Shown here in pieces: positions 43,638 to 50,989 of a stretch of DNA of 64,000 bases. The notes beneath the pieces are model-generated. The model saw nothing but the letters and a program-made list of their open reading frames with translations. It was not told where the DNA came from and ran no database searches. The translations under genes and the position numbers were made by a program. Position 1 is the first letter of the stretch, and each line of letters begins with the position of its first letter. Where the stretch lies: assembly GCA_035936995.1 (NCBI GenBank), contig DASYVR010000025.1:7920-71919 (forward strand), in the 5' to 3' direction. This stretch comes from Candidatus Dormiibacterota bacterium (GTDB taxonomy: Bacteria; Chloroflexota; Dormibacteria; CF-121).

Positions 43638-44095
43638 ACGGGGCGGAGCAAGCCGAGTGGGATGACGCGTTTGGTCTTCTTTTCGTAGCCGGCGTAGCGG
43701 GGCATCGAGGCGACGGCCTTGTCCCAGAGCCGCCGACGCTCGGCGGGATCCGTGACCGGCTCCATCCGGACGTTGATGAGTCGGTCGTTGACCTGGATGC
43801 TTGCCTTGGGATTCGCGACCAGGTTAAGCCACCAGGCCGGGTCGAAGTCGGACCCGCCCGCCGAACCGATCACGAAGAATCCATCGCCCTCCGGCACGCC
43901 ATTTACTGGCACCGTCTGCGGCCGGCCCGTCTTCCGACCGGTCGTCGTGAGCAAGAGCACCTGCAGCTTTCCCATCCGGCGGGCCAGACCACGCCGATAC
44001 ATGAACCGGTGGATCGCGCCGCCCGCGCGAAGCATCGAGCGACTCATGCCACCGGGGCGTTTGGTCGGGGTGTTGCTAGCGGCGTTCTTATTCAC
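43634..44095 (-). CDS. deazaflavin(F420)-dependent nitroreductase family protein (DDN type), paralogue 2
   Basis: LLLTTTGRKTGRPQTVPV ... DPAWWLNLVANP ... RVIPLGLL. Confidence 0.8.
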   Translation of the reverse strand: MNKNAASNTPTKRPGGMSRSMLRAGGAIHRFMYRRGLARRMGKLQVLLLTTTGRKTGRPQTVPVNGVPEGDGFFVIGSAGGSDFDPAWWLNLVANPKASIQVNDRLINVRMEPVTDPAERRRLWDKAVASMPRYAGYEKKTKRVIPLGLLRPV

Positions 44096-44120
44096 GGCCT
44101 GACCTTAGCACGGGGGTGAT

Positions 44121-45086
44121 CTAAGCGAGCTCCTTGCGCCACGGTGGGTCGGCGCCCGCGCGGGTGCAGGTGAGGGATGCGACCAGGCAGGCAAACTCGA
44201 GAGCGGCACGGAGCTCGTCGCGCTCGAGCCGCAGATCCCGGCTAAGCCGGCCATGGTCGTGCAGCCACGCCAACAGCGCTGCGCCGAACGCGTCGCCGGC
44301 CCCGATCGTGTCGACGACCTGGACCACCGGCGCTGGGACCCGTACTTCGGTGTTCGCGCTCATGGCAAAGGCGCCCTCAGCCCCCAGGGTCACGACCACC
44401 AGCCGGGGCCCGCGCGCCAAGAGGGCACGGGCGGCCGCCAATCGGTCGAGCTCCGGAAACAGCCAGTCGACGTCGGCATCGCTGGCCTTGACGATGGTGC
44501 TCTGGGCGATGATCCGATCCAACCGTGCTCGGTAACCGGCCGCGCCGTTCACCATCGGCAGACGGATATTCGGGTCGACCATCACGAGCCGCTCGGTGTG
44601 CTCGCGGTCGACGAGCGCCGCGATGGTGGTCGCGATCGGTTCGAGCACGAGGCCGAGGGTGCCCACGTGCAGCGCGGCGACCGTTGGGTCCAGTGACGCG
44701 GGAAGCATCTCGGGGGTCAGGTTCGGGGCCGACGTGCCGTCGATTACGAACCGGTACGCGGCGTGGCCGTCCCGGTCGACTTCGGCGATGCCGAGCGTGG
44801 TGGGCTCGGGACCGAGGCTGGTGAGGGAGAGGTCGCCCCCATCCGCCGCCAGCAGGTCCCGGAGCTGCCGGCCGAGCGCGTCGGTCGACAGGCGCCCGAG
44901 AAACTGAGTGGGAACGCCCAGCCGGGCCAGGGCGCGCGCGGCATTGAAGGGTCCGCCGCCGGGCGAGTCAGCACCTCCCACCGCGCCCCCACCCTGCCCT
45001 CCCCCAGAGGGGGAGGAAAAATGCCCCCGCAAGGCGGGAGGGAGAGAAATCCGGTCGATGAGGGCCTCACCGCACACGATTACCAT
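44121..45086 (-). CDS. PfkB-family sugar kinase (fructokinase-like) with a repeat-derived insertion near the N-terminus (alternative start 45104)
   Basis: GEALID ... PGGGPFNAARALARLG and the C-terminal DTIGAGDAF motif. Confidence 0.8.
   Translation of the reverse strand: MVIVCGEALIDRISLPPALRGHFSSPSGGGQGGGAVGGADSPGGGPFNAARALARLGVPTQFLGRLSTDALGRQLRDLLAADGGDLSLTSLGPEPTTLGIAEVDRDGHAAYRFVIDGTSAPNLTPEMLPASLDPTVAALHVGTLGLVLEPIATTIAALVDREHTERLVMVDPNIRLPMVNGAAGYRARLDRIIAQSTIVKASDADVDWLFPELDRLAAARALLARGPRLVVVTLGAEGAFAMSANTEVRVPAPVVQVVDTIGAGDAFGAALLAWLHDHGRLSRDLRLERDELRAALEFACLVASLTCTRAGADPPWRKELA
44986..45043 (+). repeat. type-A repeat plus a second hairpin (inside pfkB)
   Basis: CCCCCACCCTGCCCTCCCCCAGAGGGGGAGGAAAAATGCCCCCGCAAGGCGGGAGGG. 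Confidence 0.9.
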
Positions 45087-45096
45087 GACGAAAGCT

Positions 45097-46122
45097 ATGA
45101 GCATGATGCAGGACGGCGAGCGCTACGCCAGGATGCCGTATCGGCGTACCGGCCGCAGCGGATTGATGCTACCGGCCATGTCGCTGGGCCTCTGGCAAAA
45201 CTTTGGGGGCGACCGCCCGATCGAGACGCAGCGGGCGATCATCCGCCGCGCCTTCGACCTCGGCATCACGCACTTCGACCTGGCGAACAACTACGGCCCG
45301 CCATACGGCTCCGCCGAGGAAAACTTCGGCCGTATCCTTCAGACCGACCTTGCCGGGCGCCGCGACCAGCTCGTGATCTCCACCAAGGCGGGCTACGACA
45401 TGTGGCCAGGACCGTACGGCATCTGGGGATCGCGCAAGTACCTGCTGGCCAGCCTGGATCAGAGCCTGCGCCGGATGGGGCTCGAGTACGTCGACATCTT
45501 CTATTCTCATCGGTTCGACCCCGAGACTCCGCTGGACGAAACGATCGGCGCGCTCGACACCGCGGTGCGCCAGGGCAAGGCGCTGTATGTGGGCGTCTCG
45601 TCCTATTCCGCGCGCCGGACCAAGGAGGCGGCCGCCGTCCTGCGCCGGATGGGAACGCCCTTGCTGATTCATCAACCCTCCTATTCGCTGCTCAACCGAT
45701 GGATCGAGCCGGATCTCCTGAACGTTCTGGGGCAAGAGGGGATCGGATCCATCGTCTTCTCGCCGCTGGCGCAGGGCCTGCTGACCGACCGCTATCTGAA
45801 CGGCGTCCCGGCGGGCTCCCGGGCGGCCCAGTCAGGGTCGTTCTCGCCGGACCTGCTGACCGACGCGACGCTGGCGAAGGTGCGGGCGCTGAACGAGGTC
45901 GCGCAACGGCGTGGCCAGACGCTGGCCCAGATGGCCCTGGCCTGGACTCTGCGCGACCCGCGGGTGACGTCGACGCTGGTCGGAGCCAGCAGCGTTGCCC
46001 AGCTGGAACAGAATGTCGGGGCCCTGAACAAGCTCGAGTTTTCCGGTGACGAGCTCAGCGAAATCGATCGCTACGCCACGGACAGCGGCATCAATCTCTG
46101 GGCCGCATCCAGTAAGAATTAG
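45097..46122 (+). CDS. gpr: L-glyceraldehyde-3-phosphate reductase (aldo/keto reductase, YghZ type)
   Basis: Long collinear identity with E. coli YghZ as I recall it (FDLGITHFDLANNYGPPYGSAEENFG, STKAGYDMWPGPYG, GSRKYLLASLDQSL.RMGLEYVDIFYSHR, LIHQPSY.LLNRW, NLWAASS). ATG choices are 45085/45097/45103/45106. Confidence 0.85.
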   Translation: MSMMQDGERYARMPYRRTGRSGLMLPAMSLGLWQNFGGDRPIETQRAIIRRAFDLGITHFDLANNYGPPYGSAEENFGRILQTDLAGRRDQLVISTKAGYDMWPGPYGIWGSRKYLLASLDQSLRRMGLEYVDIFYSHRFDPETPLDETIGALDTAVRQGKALYVGVSSYSARRTKEAAAVLRRMGTPLLIHQPSYSLLNRWIEPDLLNVLGQEGIGSIVFSPLAQGLLTDRYLNGVPAGSRAAQSGSFSPDLLTDATLAKVRALNEVAQRRGQTLAQMALAWTLRDPRVTSTLVGASSVAQLEQNVGALNKLEFSGDELSEIDRYATDSGINLWAASSKN

Positions 46123-46130
46123 CTGAGGCC

Positions 46131-46148
46131 CGCCTCGATCCCGAGGCG
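46131..46148 (+). terminator. weak stem-loop after gpr
   Basis: CGCCTCG-ATCC-CGAGGCG lies 9 nt after the stop. There is no clear T-tract. Confidence 0.25.
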
Positions 46149-46190
46149 TCATCGGCAAGTATCGCCGCAGTTTAAGCTCAGGTTTACGCC

Positions 46191-48293
46191 ATGAAAACCG
46201 CCGAACGCAGTCAGCTGACCCCAGAGCTGGTGGCTCGCTTCCCACGCCCTGGGATGGCCATTCCCGGCAGGATTCGGTATTCGCCGGACGCAAAATTCGT
46301 CACCTACCTGTTCAGCGAGCGCGGCGATCTGGTTCGTGACCTGTGGCGGCTGGATCTGGCCAGCGGCCGTAAGGAGCACTGGCTGTCACCGCCGGGTGAG
46401 GCGGTGACGGAGGAAAACATCTCGCGCGAGGAGGTCCTGCGTCGGGAGCGCCTTCGGCTGCGCGAGACCGGGATCACAGATTACAGCTGGGCCGAGAAAG
46501 CCAACGTCATGTTGCTGCCGCTGCGCGGCGAGCTCTACCGCTGGGCAGAGGGAACGGTCAGCCGGCTGACCGGCGGCGGAGTGATCGATCCCAAGGTTAC
46601 CGATGACGGCCGCCATATATTCTTCGTACGCGACGGCGACGTCTGGACGATCGAGGCCGCCGGCGAGCGGCGGCTCACCTCGCACCCGCCAGGCGCGACC
46701 AATGGGCTGGCCGAATTCGTCGCCCAGGAAGAGCTCGATCGGTTCAGCGGCTACTGGCCCTCACCGCGCGGCGACCTGGTCGCCTTCGAGCAGGTCGATG
46801 AGTCGCATATTCCGATTTTTCCGATCGTGCATCAAGGCAAGCCGGTGCTGCAGATCGAGGAGCATCGCTATCCCTTTGCCGGTGCTGAGAATGCCCGGGT
46901 CAGGCTCGGCGTGGTCTCGGTGGAATCCGGGATCACGACCTTCATGGACCTCGGCATCGAGGATGGCTACATCGCCCGGGTCGACTGGCATCAGGATGGT
47001 CGCCTGCTGGTGCAGTGGCTGTCGCGCGATTGGCGGCAGTTCGAGCTCCTCGCCTACGACGTCCGGACCGGTGGCGGGCGCGGGATCGTGGTGGAGAAGC
47101 TCGACCCGTGGATCAATCTGCACGACGACCTACGGGTCCTCGAATCGACCGGTGAATTCACCTGGTCGTCAGAGCGCAGCGGTTTTCGACACCTATATCT
47201 ATATGCAGCCAATGGGAAACTGGTCCGGCAGCTGACCGGGGGCGACTGGCTGGCGGAGGAAACGGTCGCGTTGGACGAGAAGGGCCGCCGGCTGTACTTC
47301 GTCGGCTGGCAGGCGAGCCCGCTCGAGCGCCACCTTTTTCGCGTGTCGCTGGACTCGGGCGACCCCGAGCGTCTGACCTCAGAGCCGGGGATGCACGCCG
47401 TCGCGATCGCACCCGACTTCTCGAGCTTCGTCGACGTCTGGGATAGCCGGGAGCATCCGCCCAGCATCACGGTGCGGAGCATGACCGGGGCGCCACGGCA
47501 AGTCATCCAGGAGTCGGCCCGCGTCGACCTGGATCTGCCGGCACCGGAGCTGCACCGATTTCGAACCAGCGACGGTGCCGAGCTGCACGCGGCTGTCTAC
47601 CGGCCGGCGGATTCCGGCAAGGCGCCGGTGATCGTCTCCGTCTACGGCGGCCCAGGGCCGCAGATGGTCAATGACAGCTGGGCCGAGACGGTCGACCTGC
47701 GTGCCCAGCTGCTGGCTCAGCACGGATTCGTCGTGCTCAAGGTGGACAACCGCGGCTCGGCGCGGCGCGGTCTGGCGTTCGAGGCGCCGATCGCGCGCGC
47801 CATGGGTCAGATCGAAATTCGCGACCAGGTCGAGGGCGTGCGCTGGCTTGGGACGCTGGGCTTTGCCGATACCTCCCGGGTCGGCATCTACGGCTGGAGC
47901 TACGGCGGCTATATGACGCTGATGGCGCTTTTCACTGCCCCGGACGTTTTCAAGGCGGGGGTCTGCGGCGCGCCGGTCACCTTCCACGAGGGCTACGACA
48001 CCGCCTATACGGAAAAGTACATGAGCACGCCCAAGGACAACGCCGAGGGCTATCGGCGCTCCTCGCCGCTGAGCTACGTCGATCAGCTGCGCGGGCGGCT
48101 GCTTCTGATCCACGGCATGATTGATGAGAACGTCCACTTCCGCCATACGGCGCGTCTGATACAGGCGCTGATCGATTCGGGCAAGCCGTTCGAGTCGCTT
48201 TTCTATCCGAACGAGCGTCATATGCCGCGCTCGGAGCGCGATCGCGTCGATATGGAGCGGCGCATTCTCGAGTTCTTCCAGCGCAATCTCTGA
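46191..48293 (+). CDS. S9-family serine peptidase (DPP-IV-like beta-propeller plus prolyl-oligopeptidase catalytic domain)
   Basis: Nucleophile motif GWSYGGY and the C-terminal D/H contexts (HGMIDENVHF). 700 aa. Confidence 0.85.
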   Translation: MKTAERSQLTPELVARFPRPGMAIPGRIRYSPDAKFVTYLFSERGDLVRDLWRLDLASGRKEHWLSPPGEAVTEENISREEVLRRERLRLRETGITDYSWAEKANVMLLPLRGELYRWAEGTVSRLTGGGVIDPKVTDDGRHIFFVRDGDVWTIEAAGERRLTSHPPGATNGLAEFVAQEELDRFSGYWPSPRGDLVAFEQVDESHIPIFPIVHQGKPVLQIEEHRYPFAGAENARVRLGVVSVESGITTFMDLGIEDGYIARVDWHQDGRLLVQWLSRDWRQFELLAYDVRTGGGRGIVVEKLDPWINLHDDLRVLESTGEFTWSSERSGFRHLYLYAANGKLVRQLTGGDWLAEETVALDEKGRRLYFVGWQASPLERHLFRVSLDSGDPERLTSEPGMHAVAIAPDFSSFVDVWDSREHPPSITVRSMTGAPRQVIQESARVDLDLPAPELHRFRTSDGAELHAAVYRPADSGKAPVIVSVYGGPGPQMVNDSWAETVDLRAQLLAQHGFVVLKVDNRGSARRGLAFEAPIARAMGQIEIRDQVEGVRWLGTLGFADTSRVGIYGWSYGGYMTLMALFTAPDVFKAGVCGAPVTFHEGYDTAYTEKYMSTPKDNAEGYRRSSPLSYVDQLRGRLLLIHGMIDENVHFRHTARLIQALIDSGKPFESLFYPNERHMPRSERDRVDMERRILEFFQRNL

Positions 48294-48299
48294 GGCGTC

Positions 48300-49046
48300 A
48301 TGCAGACCCCCCACCCTGACCCTCCCCACGCGGGAAATCCCGCGACCCTGACAACCGGAGGGGGGAAGGGAAACAGAATTAGGGCGCTGGTCTTCGACTT
48401 CGATGGCCTGATTGTCGACACCGAAGTCCCGATCTTCCGCGTCTGGCAACGAATCTACCGGGAGCGCGGCCAGGAGCTGCCGCTCGACCGGTGGCTGACC
48501 ACCATCGGCACCGCCTCGGCTCCATTCGATCCCGCGCGGGAGCTTGGGGTGCGGACCGGCGAGAAGATCGACCAGCGGGCGCTCAAGGCCCTCGAGCGCC
48601 TTTACTATCAGGAGGCAACCGCCATGCAGCAGTTGCTTCCCGGGGTCGCCGATTACCTGGCGGTCGCCGACGAGCTCGGGCTCAAGACCGCTGTGGCGTC
48701 CAGTTCATCGCGCAAGTGGGTGATGGAGCATCTCGATCGCTTTGGCATTGGCGGCAGCTTCGGTGCCATCGTCTGTCGAGAAGACGTGAAGCGGACGAAG
48801 CCGGATCCGGGACTGTACCGGACGGCGCTGCAGCGGCTCGAGGTGCGGCCGGTCGAGGCGATCGCGCTCGAGGACTCGAGCAATGGCATCCAGGCCGCGA
48901 AGGCGGCCGGGCTCTTCTGCGTGGCGGTGCCGAATCCGCTGACCGCCGACCTGGATCTCACGGAGGCTGACCTGAGCCTGCTATCGCTCGAGGCGATGTC
49001 GTTGCGCGACCTGCTCAACGAGGCGCAGCGGAGGCCAGAGCCGTGA
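48300..49046 (+). CDS. HAD-superfamily hydrolase (beta-phosphoglucomutase/phosphatase subfamily); the first ~27 codons are encoded by a composite repeat
   Basis: Motif I is FDFDGLIVDTE. It is preceded by MQTPHPDPPHAGNPATLTTGGGKGNRIRA. No alternative start lies between the ATG and motif I. Confidence 0.8.
   Translation: MQTPHPDPPHAGNPATLTTGGGKGNRIRALVFDFDGLIVDTEVPIFRVWQRIYRERGQELPLDRWLTTIGTASAPFDPARELGVRTGEKIDQRALKALERLYYQEATAMQQLLPGVADYLAVADELGLKTAVASSSSRKWVMEHLDRFGIGGSFGAIVCREDVKRTKPDPGLYRTALQRLEVRPVEAIALEDSSNGIQAAKAAGLFCVAVPNPLTADLDLTEADLSLLSLEAMSLRDLLNEAQRRPEP
48307..48370 (+). repeat. composite repeat: a type-B unit nested in the loop of a type-A unit (5' end of the HAD gene)
   Basis: CCCCCCACCCTGACCCTCCCC[ACGCGGGAAATCCCGCGACCCTGACAACC]GGAGGGGGGAAGGG. 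Confidence 0.85.
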
Positions 49047-49062
49047 GTGAGCGGCGGGCGCG

Positions 49063-50067
49063 ATGAGGCGCTGGACCAACCTCGCGCTGTTCGTATTGCT
49101 GGGCCTGGCGTTCACCACCGGCTGGGTCGCGTTCTTCTACGGCACGGCTCCGTCGCGCGCATCACTGATCCTCCATGCCGTCAGCGGTTACGCGATCATC
49201 GCGCTCACGCCGTGGAAGGCGGTGATCGTCGCGCGCGGCATCCAGCGTCGGCGTCGGGGCTGGTGGGCCTCCCTGGTGTTTACCGGGCTGGTGATCGCAT
49301 CGGTCGCCGCCGGCATCCTGCATTCGACCGGGCTGCTGGTCGCCGTCGGCGCGGTCAGCGCCATGGAGGTGCACGTTGGCGCCGCGCTCGTCGCGGTCCC
49401 CTTCGTCGCCTGGCATGTGGTCGCCCGTCGCATTCCGGTGCGCGCCATCGATTTCTCTCGCCGGAGCCTGCTCCGAGCCGGTGTCGTGCTGGCGGGCGCG
49501 GGGCTCGCCTACGGCGCGGGTGAGGCTGCGGTCCGGCTGCTCAGCCTGCCAGGTTCGGCGCGCCGATTCACCGGCTCCTATGAATACGGCTCCCTGCAAC
49601 CGGCGCAGCTGCCGGTGACGCAGTGGCTCTTCGACGCGGTGCCGGCCCTCGATCCGACGACCTGGCGGCTGACGGTGCGGGGGGGACATGCGATACGGGA
49701 ATGGACCTATGACGAGTTGCTCGCTTTCGACGACCGGGTGCGGGCGACGCTCGACTGCACCGGCGGCTTCTATTCGACCCAGGACTGGTCTGGCGTCTGG
49801 CTGAGCCGGTTGCTGCCCGCCGGCGCTCGGGATAGCAGCCTGCATGTTCAGTCGTTCACCGGCTACGACCGCCGGTTTGCGATCAGCGATGCCGGCAGGC
49901 TGCTGATTGCGACCCGGCTTGGCGGGATGCCGCTCGACCCGGGGCACGGCTTTCCGGTGCGGCTCATCGCGCCCGACCGGCGCGGGTTCTGGTGGGTGAA
50001 GTGGCTGTCCGCGATTACGATCGAAGAGTTGCCCACCTGGTGGCAGCTGCCGTTTCCGATGCAATAA
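49063..50067 (+). CDS. molybdopterin-dependent oxidoreductase (sulfite-oxidase/MsrP fold) fused to an N-terminal 4-TM His-bearing domain
   Basis: LDCTGGFYSTQDWSGVW and GFWWVKWL are Moco-domain motifs. The N-terminal helices carry conserved-looking His residues. Confidence 0.7.
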   Translation: MRRWTNLALFVLLGLAFTTGWVAFFYGTAPSRASLILHAVSGYAIIALTPWKAVIVARGIQRRRRGWWASLVFTGLVIASVAAGILHSTGLLVAVGAVSAMEVHVGAALVAVPFVAWHVVARRIPVRAIDFSRRSLLRAGVVLAGAGLAYGAGEAAVRLLSLPGSARRFTGSYEYGSLQPAQLPVTQWLFDAVPALDPTTWRLTVRGGHAIREWTYDELLAFDDRVRATLDCTGGFYSTQDWSGVWLSRLLPAGARDSSLHVQSFTGYDRRFAISDAGRLLIATRLGGMPLDPGHGFPVRLIAPDRRGFWWVKWLSAITIEELPTWWQLPFPMQ

Positions 50068-50202
50068 CCTGGCCGGATCCATAGCGTGGTTATCGGCGGT
50101 CTCATCACTGCGAAACCTAGGACACAGACGTTCGCATTTCGAATTGCTTGCGGCGCTTCGGGCCGTAGGTCGATGAAAGCCGCGCGGGAGGGGCCATGCC
50201 CT

Positions 50203-50940
50203 TCACCCGCCCGCCTTGCGCTCCTTGGCGATCTCTCTGAGCCGGTCCCATGCCGGCGACGACGCGCCGACCAATGTCGCGACCAGCTGGGCGATGGTCG
50301 GGTCCTGGACCGACCGCTCTCCGCCCTTGAGCCTGCCGTGCCGGTTGGCAATCCATCGCTCGGTGCGAGTGGCCAGTGCGGAGAGGCGCGGGTCGTCCGG
50401 CGACCAGTCGTACGCCGCGTCGTACTTGAGGTAAATGGCACGGAACTCCGGATCGCCCATCGCGCCGCGCTTGTCGGCGAGCCAGACGGCGGCTTGCTTC
50501 GGCGACACTGACTGCGCCAGGATCCAAAGGTCGCGCTCCATCTGCACCGAGCGCTGGCTTACGCCGAACTCGTGCAGCCGGTCAAGGAAGTCGGCGACCT
50601 CTGCGGAGACGAACAACCGGTCGCCGGCGCTGAGGCGGGCGATGCGCTCGCGGGTGCGGCGGAGTTCCTTGGCCCGTTCCTGCAGGTTGCGGTCGATTTC
50701 GGCGATCGCCGCGGCGAACCGGTCGGGGTCGGCGGCGAGAAGCTCCTTGATGCGGGCCAGCGGCACGCCAGCCTCGGCGAGCGTTTTGATCTTGACCAGG
50801 TCGATGGCGTGCTGAGCGGTGTACCGCCGGTAGCCTGACGAGTCACGCGGCGGCTCCTTGAGCAGGCCACGCTGGTGGTAATGGCGGACGGCCTTGATCG
50901 TCACGCCAGCGTAGGCGGCGAGCTGGCCGATGGTGATCAT
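50203..50940 (-). CDS. MerR-family transcriptional regulator with a long effector domain
   Basis: MITIGQLAAYAGVTIKAVRHYHQRGLL ... SGYRRY. Start set at the Met preceding the HTH. Confidence 0.8.
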   Translation of the reverse strand: MITIGQLAAYAGVTIKAVRHYHQRGLLKEPPRDSSGYRRYTAQHAIDLVKIKTLAEAGVPLARIKELLAADPDRFAAAIAEIDRNLQERAKELRRTRERIARLSAGDRLFVSAEVADFLDRLHEFGVSQRSVQMERDLWILAQSVSPKQAAVWLADKRGAMGDPEFRAIYLKYDAAYDWSPDDPRLSALATRTERWIANRHGRLKGGERSVQDPTIAQLVATLVGASSPAWDRLREIAKERKAGG

Positions 50941-50989
50941 GTGCTTCGGTTTCCCTTTGATCAGCTCGCCGTCCAAGACTCTCATGATG

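Noticed and set aside
9620-48370. The hairpin repeats as a CRISPR array or CRISPR remnants
   Set aside because: Copies are kilobases apart and not separated by uniform ~30-nt spacers. They sit mostly inside genes and no cas genes are present.
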